64,000 nucleotides of DNA from Clostridia bacterium (lineage in GTDB: Bacteria > Bacillota > Clostridia > CAKSNL01 > HGM11501), in contig JAZNEB010000024.1 of assembly GCA_045588365.1 (NCBI GenBank), positions 48,963 to 112,962 on the forward strand, read 5' to 3'. Both the position numbers and the translations under genes were made by a program. This document shows, piece by piece, positions 55,347 through 64,000 of this stretch (the first letter of the stretch is position 1; each line of letters starts with the position of its first letter). The notes beneath the pieces are model-generated. The model ran no database searches and was not told where the DNA came from. It was given only the letters and a program-made list of their open reading frames with translations.

Positions 55347-56242
55347 CAATATACTTTTTCCATACCTACGGTAATTTCATATCTCATATTCATTTCCGTT
55401 ACGGTTTTGTCGTAGGTATATTCGTAAGTGCCCCCGGAAATTATACCCTCTGAGTCCATGGAAACAGGAATTCTGACGGTTAAAGGTTCACTTCCTCCGG
55501 GTGCGATAAACTTCTGCTCCGTACCCTTAAACTGCAATGCCAGATTTCCGTTTTCGTACCATGCCAAAAACGCTTCGGGAGTGCTTCCCGGCTGAAGCGC
55601 CGCACCGTCAACGGTCATAACATCGGGTGTCAGGACTGCCGCCATGTGGTTGTTTCCTTTGTCGGCAAAATATACCGTTCCCAAAGACTCGATTATCTCT
55701 GTAACAGTTTCATAGTCTCCCGATAAATCAGAATCCCAGTTTTTCTTTAATCTGTATGTATAATTCCATTCGCCCTCTATGGTTTCGGAATTTAAGAATA
55801 CGGGAGTTTCGGGTACATTGGTCAAAGGAGCTTCTTCTATCACCTGCTCCTGCCCAGCACCTATATATCCAAGCTTATTTAAAACCAAAACTGTGTTTTC
55901 TGCAAGGAATAAAACCAAAAGAATAATTGCCATGCTTGCCCACACTTTACCTCTTTTAAGCTTTTTCTTTATTTTCTTGTCCTCTTTTAAGCTTTTCTCC
56001 TTTATTCTTACAGCCAGAGGAGAAGTTCTCATTCTGTCCTCTTCTGTTTCCTTTAAGGTAACAGGTGCTTTCTTTTCTTCCTGGGAGTTTTCTTCAACTT
56101 TTTCCTCTTTTACCTCATCAGATGCTTCCAAAGCTGCATTTGAAACGGCTAAAAGCTCCGCTTCTGTAAGAATGTCCTCTCCGCACTTCTTGCAGTAGGT
56201 TGCACCCTCTTTATTTTCAGTTCCGCATTTTTCACAGAGCAT
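55346..56242 (-). CDS. Zinc-ribbon domain membrane protein (N-terminal CxxC-x10-CxxC, one TM, extracytoplasmic domain)
   Basis: 298 aa; MLCEKCGTENKEGATYCKKCG; Lys/Glu-rich linker; TM ASMAIILLVLFLA. Confidence 0.6.
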   Translation of the reverse strand: MLCEKCGTENKEGATYCKKCGEDILTEAELLAVSNAALEASDEVKEEKVEENSQEEKKAPVTLKETEEDRMRTSPLAVRIKEKSLKEDKKIKKKLKRGKVWASMAIILLVLFLAENTVLVLNKLGYIGAGQEQVIEEAPLTNVPETPVFLNSETIEGEWNYTYRLKKNWDSDLSGDYETVTEIIESLGTVYFADKGNNHMAAVLTPDVMTVDGAALQPGSTPEAFLAWYENGNLALQFKGTEQKFIAPGGSEPLTVRIPVSMDSEGIISGGTYEYTYDKTVTEMNMRYEITVGMEKVY

Positions 56243-56348
56243 ATAATCAATCCTCTCTTTCGTACTATACTTTTATTATACAATATCCGACAGAAAAATG
56301 CAATATAAAAAGGCTCGCAAAACAAAAGTTTTACGAACCTTTTATTAT

Positions 56349-59300
56349 TTAATTTTTCTTAACACCGATTACGGTCTTTTCGCCGTTTACCTTGATTTCA
56401 GCCTCTATTTCGGTATTCTCTCCGTAGAAGAAGCTATCTACAAGACAAACATCTGCAATTTCAGCTTCATTTTTCTTCATAACTGCTGAAATTCCATCGT
56501 TACTACTCTGATATACGCATATTCTGTCCATAACCTCAAAGCCCGAATTCTTTCTCATCTTCTGGATGTTTGAGATAATTTCTCTCACGCTTCCTTCCTC
56601 GATAAGCTCGGGAGTAAGATGAGTATCAAGTGCAACGGTAATGCCATAGTCAGAAGCAGCTTCAAAACCCTCTGTCTTCTTGGTTTCGATAATAAGATCT
56701 TCTTTTTCAAGCAATACTGCAACGCCTGAGGGAAGTGTTACCTTATAGTGTCCGTCGCCTTCTATTGCAGAAACGATCTCTCCACCATCAGCTTTATTGA
56801 TAATTCCGATAAGCATTCCCATTTCGTTCGGATATTTAGCCCTTAAGGAATCAAACTTAGGCTTTACATTATAGCTTACAAGGTTTCCTAAATCCGAAGT
56901 AAACTCTACATTCTTAACATTGATTTCTTCTTTTATTATATCCGTGCAGAAAGAAGGAAGAACACCCTCTGCCTTTACAATCATTCTTGATAAAGGCTGT
57001 TTAGTCTTGATGTTTGCAGAATTTCTTACGCTTCTTCCCAAAACAACAATGTCCAAAACCTCTTCCATTTCCTTTTCAAGCTTTTCATCTATAAAGGACT
57101 CGTCGCATTCCGGATAGTCGCAAAGATGTATGCTTATGGGAGCAGATTTATCCACAGAGCATACCAGATTTCTGTATATATCCTCTGTCATAAAGGGAAT
57201 CATGGGAGCTGCCAATTTTGAAACTGTAACCAAAGCGGTGTAAAGTGTCATATAGGCATTTATCTTATCCTCTGTCATTTCCTTGCCCCAGAAACGTTCA
57301 CGGCTGCGGCGGACATACCAGTTGGAAAGCTCATCCACAAAATCAGAAAGTGCCTTTGCAGGCTCTGTAATTCTGTAGTCTGCAAGATAGTTATCAACAG
57401 TCTTTGTAAGAGTATTGAGCTTTGATAAAAGCCACTTATCCATGGTAGATAAGCTGTCCTTATTAAGAGTATATTTCGTAGGATCAAACTGGTCGATTTC
57501 GGCATAAAGCACATAGAAAGCATAGGTGTTCCAGAGTGTACCCATAAACTTTCTCTGTCCCTCGGTTACCGCAGCATCGTGATAGCGGTTGGGAAGCCAG
57601 GGAGCGGAGTTTGAATAGAAGTACCAGCGAACTGCGTCAGCTCCGTGCTTTTCAAGGGTTTCAAAGGGGTCAACCGCATTTCCCTTGGACTTACTCATCT
57701 TCTGTCCGTTTTCGTCCTGAACGTGTCCTAAAACGATAACGTTCTTATAAGGTGCCTTGTTGAATAAAAGCGTGGAAATTGCAAGAAGCGAATAGAACCA
57801 GCCTCTTGTCTGGTCCACTGCTTCGCTTATAAAGTTTGCAGGGAAGTTATCTTCAAAAATATCAGCATTTTCAAAGGGATAATGCCACTGAGCAAAGGGC
57901 ATTGCACCAGAGTCAAACCAGCAGTCAATAACCTCTTTAACTCTCTTCATTGTTCCGCCACAGGCAGGACACTTTATTGTTACCGCATCAACAAAGGGAC
58001 GGTGAAGCTCTATATTTTCGGGACAGTTATCGGACATTTCACGAAGCTCCGCAATAGAACCGATGGAATGACGGTGTCCGCAGGAGCATTCCCATATATT
58101 TAAGGGAGTTCCCCAGTATCTGTCTCGGCTTACGCCCCAGTCCTGAACGTTTTTAAGCCAGTCTCCGAATCTTCCCTCACCGATGGTTTTGGGAATCCAG
58201 TTTACGGTGTTATTGTTTCTTATAAGGTCATCCCTTACCTCTGTCATCTTTATGAACCATGACTCTCTTGCATAGTAAATCAAGGGAGTATCGCATCTCC
58301 AGCAGAAAGGATAGGAGTGTTCAAAGGGAAGCGCTGCAAAAAGCAAGCCTGCATCAGAAAGTGCCTTAAACACTTCCTTGTCTGCATCCTTACAGAACAT
58401 TCCGCTCCAGGGAGTCTCCTCTGTCATTTCACCCTTGGCATTTACAAGCTGCAGGAAGGGCAAATCATAATTTCTTCCCACATTGGCGTCATCTTCACCA
58501 AAGGCAGGAGCTATATGAACGATACCTGTACCGTCGGTAAGAGTTACATAGTTATCGCAGGTAACATAATAAGCCTTTTTATCAAGCTTGTCCTTAACGA
58601 AATCAAACAAAGGCTCATATTCCTTATATTCAAGTTCTTTACCCTTATAGCTCTCAAGAACCTCATACTCTCCGTCAATTACGCTCTGTACTAAAGCTTC
58701 TGCGAGAATGTACTTTTCGTCCCCTGCTTTTATCTTAACATAGGTTTCTTCGGGATTTACGCAAAGAGCAACGTTGGAGGGAAGTGTCCAGGGCGTGGTT
58801 GTCCAAGCCAAAAAGTATGACTTTTCCTCCCCGGGAATCTTAAACTTCGCAATTGCGCTCTTTTCTTTAACATCTTTATATCCCTGAGCAACCTCGTGGC
58901 TTGATAAGGGGGTGCCGCAACGGGGGCAGTAGGGAACAATTTTAAATCCCTTATATAAAAGGTTCTTTTCCCAGATTTGCTTAAGTGCCCACCATTCAGA
59001 CTCAATAAAGTTGTTGTCATAGGTTACATAAGGGTCATCCATGTCAGCCCAGAAGCCTACTGTTCCTGAGAAATCTTCCCACATTCCCTTATATTTCCAT
59101 ACACTTTCCTTACATTCGCCTATAAAAGCTTCAAGGCCATAGCTTTCAATCTGCTCTTTTCCGTCAATGCCCAGCTTTTTCTCAACCTCTAATTCAACGG
59201 GAAGTCCGTGAGTATCCCAGCCTGCCTTACGAAGAACCTTATAGCCCTTCATTGTGCGGTATCTGGGAATCATATCTTTGATTACACGGGTCAGAACGTG

Positions 59301-59471
59301 TCCTATATGAGGCTTACCGTTGGCTGTGGGAGGCCCGTCATAGAAGGTATAGGTTTCGCCGTCTGCCCTTTCTTCAATACTCTTTTCAAAAATTCTTTCG
59401 TCCTTCCAGAATTTAAGGACATTTTTTTCTCTTTCCTGGAAATTTAAATCCGGAGAAACTTTTTCGTACAT
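56349..59471 (-). CDS. ileS: Isoleucine--tRNA ligase
   Basis: 1040 aa; HIGH (PHIGHVL) and KMSKS motifs, editing domain, C-terminal zinc-binding region. Confidence 0.95.
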   Translation of the reverse strand: MYEKVSPDLNFQEREKNVLKFWKDERIFEKSIEERADGETYTFYDGPPTANGKPHIGHVLTRVIKDMIPRYRTMKGYKVLRKAGWDTHGLPVELEVEKKLGIDGKEQIESYGLEAFIGECKESVWKYKGMWEDFSGTVGFWADMDDPYVTYDNNFIESEWWALKQIWEKNLLYKGFKIVPYCPRCGTPLSSHEVAQGYKDVKEKSAIAKFKIPGEEKSYFLAWTTTPWTLPSNVALCVNPEETYVKIKAGDEKYILAEALVQSVIDGEYEVLESYKGKELEYKEYEPLFDFVKDKLDKKAYYVTCDNYVTLTDGTGIVHIAPAFGEDDANVGRNYDLPFLQLVNAKGEMTEETPWSGMFCKDADKEVFKALSDAGLLFAALPFEHSYPFCWRCDTPLIYYARESWFIKMTEVRDDLIRNNNTVNWIPKTIGEGRFGDWLKNVQDWGVSRDRYWGTPLNIWECSCGHRHSIGSIAELREMSDNCPENIELHRPFVDAVTIKCPACGGTMKRVKEVIDCWFDSGAMPFAQWHYPFENADIFEDNFPANFISEAVDQTRGWFYSLLAISTLLFNKAPYKNVIVLGHVQDENGQKMSKSKGNAVDPFETLEKHGADAVRWYFYSNSAPWLPNRYHDAAVTEGQRKFMGTLWNTYAFYVLYAEIDQFDPTKYTLNKDSLSTMDKWLLSKLNTLTKTVDNYLADYRITEPAKALSDFVDELSNWYVRRSRERFWGKEMTEDKINAYMTLYTALVTVSKLAAPMIPFMTEDIYRNLVCSVDKSAPISIHLCDYPECDESFIDEKLEKEMEEVLDIVVLGRSVRNSANIKTKQPLSRMIVKAEGVLPSFCTDIIKEEINVKNVEFTSDLGNLVSYNVKPKFDSLRAKYPNEMGMLIGIINKADGGEIVSAIEGDGHYKVTLPSGVAVLLEKEDLIIETKKTEGFEAASDYGITVALDTHLTPELIEEGSVREIISNIQKMRKNSGFEVMDRICVYQSSNDGISAVMKKNEAEIADVCLVDSFFYGENTEIEAEIKVNGEKTVIGVKKN

Positions 59472-59477
59472 TTTGAG

Positions 59478-59745
59478 ATTCCCTCCTTGAAATTAAAAAC
59501 TCCGTCCTTGCAGCAAGGACGGAGTTACCGTTTTAACCACCTTCTGCGCATACTCCCATAAAGGTTCATATGCCGCCTTACTTACGCAAAGGCTCTCGTC
59601 GCCGCCTACTTGATTCGGAGCGCTGCTCAGAAGTGATTTTCCCTTTCGGTTAATAATTATCGGGCTTCCACCATCCCCGACTCGCTTGAACTTTCGCCGA
59701 AAGCTACTGTCTTCGTCATCGCTTTTACATATTTAATCGGAATAA
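59478..59745 (-). promoter_or_regulatory. T-box riboswitch leader (Ile) upstream of ileS, with promoter TTGACA-17-TATAAT (59745-59773) and intrinsic terminator (59478-59512)
   Basis: minus-strand leader ~267 nt: stem I GCGAUGACGAAGACAGUAGC, specifier region CCGAAUCAAG (AUC Ile codon + A), GGUGGU T-box-like segment, terminator CUCCGUCCUUG-CUGC-AAGGACGGAG + U5. Confidence 0.6.
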
Positions 59746-59780
59746 TTATAATATAATTTTTACCTTTTGTCAACCTTTAA

Positions 59781-60662
59781 TTACTTGGAGAATTTATGGG
59801 GAGTAACCTTTGTCTTTTCCTTGAAAATCTTTGAAAAATAGCTGACGGAGGAAAAGCCGCATTCTTTGGCTATTTCAGCAACGCTTTTTGTGGTAGATGT
59901 AAGCATAAGCTTTGCTTCGCTTATCCTTATTGTATTGACGTATTCGTTGAAATTTTCACCCATAATCCTTTTGAACAGCCTTGAAAAATAGCTGTAGCTT
60001 AAATTACAAAGCTCAGATGCTTCCTTAACCGATGCGGAAGCGAAATTCTTCTGTGCATATTCCATGGCTTTCTTTATACATTTCATATTGTCCGCATTTA
60101 CCAAATCAACGGGAATTTCCGCACCCTTTTCCTTTTTCCATTCCCGTAAGAGCCAGAGGGCAATCTGGGTAATATAAGCTCTCAGGGCTATTTCATAGGC
60201 GTAATTTTTCTCCTCCCACTCACCTATTATCTTTTCCATTAAGAAGGGAATCTGAGTTTTTTGAAGCTCAGGCTTATAAAACACATCCCTTTTATTCATA
60301 TCTCTGGAGATAAAGGGCAGATTGTATTTGAATTCAAATACCGACTGTTCAGCGGCGTACAAAATCTGGGGCACAAATTTTATAACAAGATATCTGCTCT
60401 TTTTTGTCTTCGACATAACATCATGGGCAGTTTTCGATGTTATTATGCAAAAATCCCCGCTTTTTACATCTATGCATTTTCCGTCTATCCACACACTTAT
60501 ATCACAGTCAATTCCGTAAAGAAATTCAACATATTCGTGGTAGTGCTTGAAATTAAATTCTTTTTTCTTGTCTTCAAGGGTTTTTAAAATGCACTGAACG
60601 GGAATTTCAAAGCCGCCTATTCTGGCTTTTCCCTCGTCAATAAAATTTGTCAAATTTCTCAC
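59781..60662 (-). CDS. AraC family transcriptional regulator
   Basis: 293 aa; C-terminal AraC HTH (LCNLSYSYFSRLFKRIMGENFNEYV). Confidence 0.8.
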   Translation of the reverse strand: MRNLTNFIDEGKARIGGFEIPVQCILKTLEDKKKEFNFKHYHEYVEFLYGIDCDISVWIDGKCIDVKSGDFCIITSKTAHDVMSKTKKSRYLVIKFVPQILYAAEQSVFEFKYNLPFISRDMNKRDVFYKPELQKTQIPFLMEKIIGEWEEKNYAYEIALRAYITQIALWLLREWKKEKGAEIPVDLVNADNMKCIKKAMEYAQKNFASASVKEASELCNLSYSYFSRLFKRIMGENFNEYVNTIRISEAKLMLTSTTKSVAEIAKECGFSSVSYFSKIFKEKTKVTPHKFSK

Positions 60663-60687
60663 CTCCGGTTAAAAGTTCTTATTTGAA

Positions 60688-61407
60688 TTACTTACCTATT
60701 TTCTTTATATTAGGGCAGGATAAAACCCCTCTTACTGTGGGATAAGCCCATTTTACGGCATTTTTTATAATAGTCTGTACGTTTTCATCATAGAATGTGG
60801 GAAATGTTTCATGTCCAGGCTGGAAATAGAAGACCTTTCCCATTCCCCTATTATAGCATACTCCCGAGCGGAAAATCTCACCGCCCTCATACCATCCACC
60901 GAAAACAAGCTCGTCAGGCTCGGGTATATCAAAGGGCTCTGCATAGGTTTCCTCGTGAGGAAGCTCAAAATAACGGTCAATTCCCTGAGCTATGGGATGA
61001 GCCTGCTTTATAACCCACAGTCTTTCCATATCCCCGTCTTCCCTCCAGCCTAAGTTACAGGTTGTACCCATTAAAAGACGGAAGGGCTTGGAGTGATGTG
61101 CTGAGTGCAAAAAAATTGCCCCCATACCCGAAAGCACCGCCCTTTGCACCTTTACGGCAACCTCATCGGGAACCAGATGGTGAGCCATATGTCCCCACCA
61201 TATTAAAACGTCCGTATCAGAAAGCAATTCATCTGTAATTCCACAGTTTTCATCATCTAATGTTACACATTTAACCTGATTTCCGTCTTCCTCTAAAAAA
61301 CCGGAAATTGCCTTATGTATTCCTTCGGGATATATTTCCTTTACTTTATCAGATTTTTTTTCATGCTTGAATTCATTAAAAATAAGTACTTTTGTCAAAT
61401 CAGTCAC
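60688..61407 (-). CDS. ThuA-like (trehalose utilisation) class-I glutamine-amidotransferase-like protein
   Basis: 239 aa; ThuA family sequence (DVLIWWGHMAHHLVPDE...). Confidence 0.65.
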   Translation of the reverse strand: MTDLTKVLIFNEFKHEKKSDKVKEIYPEGIHKAISGFLEEDGNQVKCVTLDDENCGITDELLSDTDVLIWWGHMAHHLVPDEVAVKVQRAVLSGMGAIFLHSAHHSKPFRLLMGTTCNLGWREDGDMERLWVIKQAHPIAQGIDRYFELPHEETYAEPFDIPEPDELVFGGWYEGGEIFRSGVCYNRGMGKVFYFQPGHETFPTFYDENVQTIIKNAVKWAYPTVRGVLSCPNIKKIGK

Positions 61408-61506
61408 TCCCTAACTTAAAGTTTGATTAAATTATAACACTCTTTCAAAAAAAAGTCCATAGTTTTTTCTCAAAAAAAGATATTTTTTTGTCATTTTAAA
61501 TTTTAC

Positions 61507-61535
61507 TTGAAGAATTATAAAATGAGTGATATAAT
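61507..61535 (+). promoter_or_regulatory. Sigma-A promoter (TTGAAG-17-TATAAT) of kinase-PqqD-peptidase operon
   Basis: hexamers 61507-61512 / 61530-61535. Confidence 0.5.
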
Positions 61536-61567
61536 GGAAAAGAGATGTATATAAAGGGGCGGTGAGA

Positions 61568-62263
61568 GTGGAAAGAATAAAGCTTTGCGATTTTGTGTTT
61601 GACCTTGATGCCAGATATGGATATACAAAAAACTATGTAAAAGACTATGTTGTTGCCTCAGAAAAAGCTGATTTTTACGTTTCTGTAAGTGATGAAGAAA
61701 TCACAGCCGCTCAAAAAAAGTACCCGTCCTTTGGCAAAGGCTATCTTGAAAGCCTTCTGTTTTATAAAAAAATATGTCTTCTTTTATCGGAAAAAAACTG
61801 CTTTATGATGCATTCTTCCGCTGTGGTCAAGGACGGCTTTGCCTTTATCTTTTCCGCCAAGAGCGGAACGGGAAAAACCACACATTCCAAGCTTTGGCTT
61901 AAGCTTTTCCCCTCCTCCTTCATTATAAACGGGGACAAGCCCTTATTCAGCCTTACAGAAGACACCTTTTATGTGCACGGCGCTCCCTGGTCAGGAAAAG
62001 AAACATACAATAAAAATACAAAAGCTCCCGTTAAGGCACTTTGCTTTTTGGAAAGGGCAGATGAAAACTTTATCAGACCCCTTTCAAAAAAAGAAACACT
62101 TAAAAAAATCTTTCACCAGGTCTATCTCACGGAGGATAAGGCTGCGGGAGATAAGATACTTACTCTTTTAGATTGCTTTTTGGAGAAAGTTCCCTCCTAT
62201 CTTTTGGGATGCACTATTTCCGATGAGGCTGCCATGCTTTCAGAAAAAACCATGAATTCATGA
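61568..62263 (+). CDS. HPr kinase C-terminal-domain-like P-loop kinase (HprK-related kinase, as found in RiPP/lasso clusters)
   Basis: ORF 61562..62263 (GTG); preferred GTG 61568 with AAGGGG RBS; Walker A SAKSGTGKTT followed by INGDKP, similar to HprK C-domain. Confidence 0.55.
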   Translation: MERIKLCDFVFDLDARYGYTKNYVKDYVVASEKADFYVSVSDEEITAAQKKYPSFGKGYLESLLFYKKICLLLSEKNCFMMHSSAVVKDGFAFIFSAKSGTGKTTHSKLWLKLFPSSFIINGDKPLFSLTEDTFYVHGAPWSGKETYNKNTKAPVKALCFLERADENFIRPLSKKETLKKIFHQVYLTEDKAAGDKILTLLDCFLEKVPSYLLGCTISDEAAMLSEKTMNS

Positions 62264-62279
62264 GAAAGGATTTTTGTTT

Positions 62280-62549
62280 ATGAAAATGAAAACAGAGTAT
62301 ATCTTAAAAAATATCGGGGGCGAAAATATTCTGATGCTTCTGTCCAAGGAACATGAGCGAAAAATTATCACCTTAAACGAAACGGCTCTTTTCATTTTCA
62401 ATCTTATAGCAGAGGGAAAAGACCGTGATGCCATTATAGCTTCTCTTCTGGCTGAATATGAAACAGATGAAAAAACTATAACAGGCGATGTTGATTCATT
62501 TATAAAAATTCTTAAAGATGCAGATATCCTGGAGGATTTGGATGAATAA
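62280..62549 (+). CDS. PqqD-family protein (RiPP recognition element, RRE)
   Basis: 89 aa; canonical PqqD fold sequence (ILKNIGGENILMLLSKEHERKIITLNETALFIFNLIAEGKD...). Confidence 0.75.
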   Translation: MKMKTEYILKNIGGENILMLLSKEHERKIITLNETALFIFNLIAEGKDRDAIIASLLAEYETDEKTITGDVDSFIKILKDADILEDLDE

Positions 62550-62997
62550 GTATATTCCTCTCAAGGATTTGGAGCCTTTAATAAGAGAAACATTAAAAAA
62601 AGGCTTTTCCTTCCCCATCCTCCCTCACGGTCAGAGTATGCTCCCTCTTCTGCGACCGGGAGTTGACGAGGTTCATCTTTCCCCGCTTCCCTCTTGTCTT
62701 TCCGAAGGAGATATAATTCTTTACAAAAGGGAAGACGGCTCTTTTGTAATTCACAGGCTTATGAAAATAAAGAACTCTCTTTATACATTTTGCGGTGATA
62801 GTCAGGTTATTTTCGAGAAGGGCATAAAAAGAAATCAGTTAATTGCCATTGTAACTAAGATAGTCAGAGATGGCGAAAAAATCGACCTTTCTCAGAACAA
62901 AAAATACCTTGCCTATAAAAAAAGACTTTTAGCAGAAAAGAAGCTTAATTTCTTTATTTACAGGGTAAAACAAAATATAAAAAGATTTTTTACCTGA
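62542..62997 (+). CDS. S24/S26-type serine peptidase-like protein (signal-peptidase/LexA-like fold), soluble
   Basis: 151 aa from ATG 62542 (GGAGGA RBS), overlapping PqqD gene end; GQSMLP (Ser) ... VIHRLMKIK (Lys) dyad-like motifs. Confidence 0.5.
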   Translation: MNKYIPLKDLEPLIRETLKKGFSFPILPHGQSMLPLLRPGVDEVHLSPLPSCLSEGDIILYKREDGSFVIHRLMKIKNSLYTFCGDSQVIFEKGIKRNQLIAIVTKIVRDGEKIDLSQNKKYLAYKKRLLAEKKLNFFIYRVKQNIKRFFT

Positions 62998-63023
62998 TAA
63001 TTTTTCATAAACGGGGTGATTAA

Positions 63024-63803
63024 ATGTTTAAAAGGGAACTTTGCCCTCCCCTTAAAATCACGAATATTCATTCTTTTTCCCAGAATTATTTCAAAAGCAA
63101 GCTTACGGTAAATTCCACCTGCTCCATCTCTTTAAGATTTAATTCTGATGCAAAGTTTATAACCAAAGGCAATGTCTTTTCCGTAAAAACAGGGGACATA
63201 TGCTTTATCCCGAGTAATTTAGAATATATAAGAGAATGCACCAAAGACAACGTCATAGTAATAGCCTTTGATTGTTTCGAGTGTGAATTTTCCGAAGTTT
63301 CGGTCTTCAGTCCCAATAATTTAGAAAAATATTTTGATTTATTCAATGAAATTTTAGAAAAGTGGATAAGAAAGGATGCAGGCTACAGAGCTGAATGCAC
63401 CTCTTTACTTTATAAAATAATATCTTTAATTCAGCACGATGTAAATAAAAAAGAAATGCGTTCTCTTCCCAAGGCCCTTGCAGATTCGGTTGCCTTTATA
63501 AATGACAACTTTTCAAATCCCGACCTTTCCATCTCTGATATAGCAAAGGAAATTTTTGTGAGCGAAGGGCATTTAAGACATCTTTTCTCCAAGCACTTTA
63601 ATACCTCCCCCCAGAAATATATAAGAGATGTAAGAATGAAACGTGCTCTTTCCATGATGGAAAGTCTTGCCTATTCGGTAAAGGAAATTTCCATTAAGTG
63701 CGGTTTTTCAGACTGCTCCTATTTTTCCTATGTATTCCGTAAAATGCACGGCATAAGCCCCACTAAGTACATAGAAGAAAAAATTAAAGATTTACCAATG
63801 TAA
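63024..63803 (+). CDS. AraC family transcriptional regulator
   Basis: 259 aa; C-terminal AraC HTH (ISDIAKEIFVSEGHLRHLFSKHF). Confidence 0.8.
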   Translation: MFKRELCPPLKITNIHSFSQNYFKSKLTVNSTCSISLRFNSDAKFITKGNVFSVKTGDICFIPSNLEYIRECTKDNVIVIAFDCFECEFSEVSVFSPNNLEKYFDLFNEILEKWIRKDAGYRAECTSLLYKIISLIQHDVNKKEMRSLPKALADSVAFINDNFSNPDLSISDIAKEIFVSEGHLRHLFSKHFNTSPQKYIRDVRMKRALSMMESLAYSVKEISIKCGFSDCSYFSYVFRKMHGISPTKYIEEKIKDLPM

Positions 63804-63838
63804 AAAAGGGTGGTACTTGACCACCCTTTTTTTATTTT
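63802..63838. terminator. Bidirectional terminator (gggtggt-acttg-accaccc + T7)
   Basis: A6 upstream, T7ATTTT downstream; between convergent genes. Confidence 0.7.
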
Positions 63839-64000
63839 GTCAATATGGAATATATAATCTCGGCAAACTCTGCCCTTGTTATATCTTCAAGGGGTCTTAA
63901 TGCTCCCCCTGCTTCTATGTGTCCTTTTTCAGTCATAGCAGAAGCTGCTCCCCTTGCCCAGAAGGATATCTTTTCAGCATCGGATAAAGAAGCAAGACTG
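63833..64000 (-). CDS. Partial CDS (3' end only): protein with C-terminal SLH domain
   Basis: C-terminal ...ISFWARGAASAMTEKGHIEAGGALRPLEDITRAEFAEIIYSILTK matches SLH consensus (W-A...G...P...ITRAEFA). Confidence 0.45.

Overview
This is a low-GC, Firmicutes-type (Clostridia-like) chromosomal segment. Most of it is housekeeping: rnc-acpP, pro-sigK, gerM-like, spoIIP, rplM-rpsI, ileS behind a T-box leader, rph-rdgB, lgt, mtaB, sufCB, argF, a Ca-P-type ATPase, and three tRNAs (Arg-CCT, Thr-TGT, Tyr-GTA). There are also carbohydrate-utilisation genes (GH13, GH37 trehalase-like, ThuA, Gfo/Idh/MocA, sugar-phosphate isomerases, several AraC regulators) and a large SLH-domain surface protein. Seven accessory signals stand out. 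(1) A 1.87-kb cassette bounded by 42-bp imperfect inverted repeats carries an XRE regulator translationally coupled to an IS200/RAYT-like Y1 transposase gene, which contains two GTAG-headed REP-like palindromes in-frame, plus a secreted NPCBM-like protein. (2) A wHTH-HATPase-STAS-like fusion gene sits between czcD and rpsI, flanked by two copies of the same 34-bp palindromic terminator. (3) An HprK-like kinase, a PqqD/RRE protein, an S24/S26-type peptidase and an AraC regulator form a RiPP-like cassette with no lasso cyclase. (4) Two tandem unannotated Cys-rich tiny-TM peptides (YjcZ-like) are present. (5) Two tRNA 3'-end duplications have the same ~123-bp geometry (att-site scars). (6) An ABC exporter with an N-terminal PH-like/zinc-ribbon extension is encoded in one operon with a DUF1854-like protein and DarA. 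(7) A CI/Cro-like divergent regulator pair with paired palindromic operators lies next to spoIIP. No CRISPR array and no clear prophage were seen.
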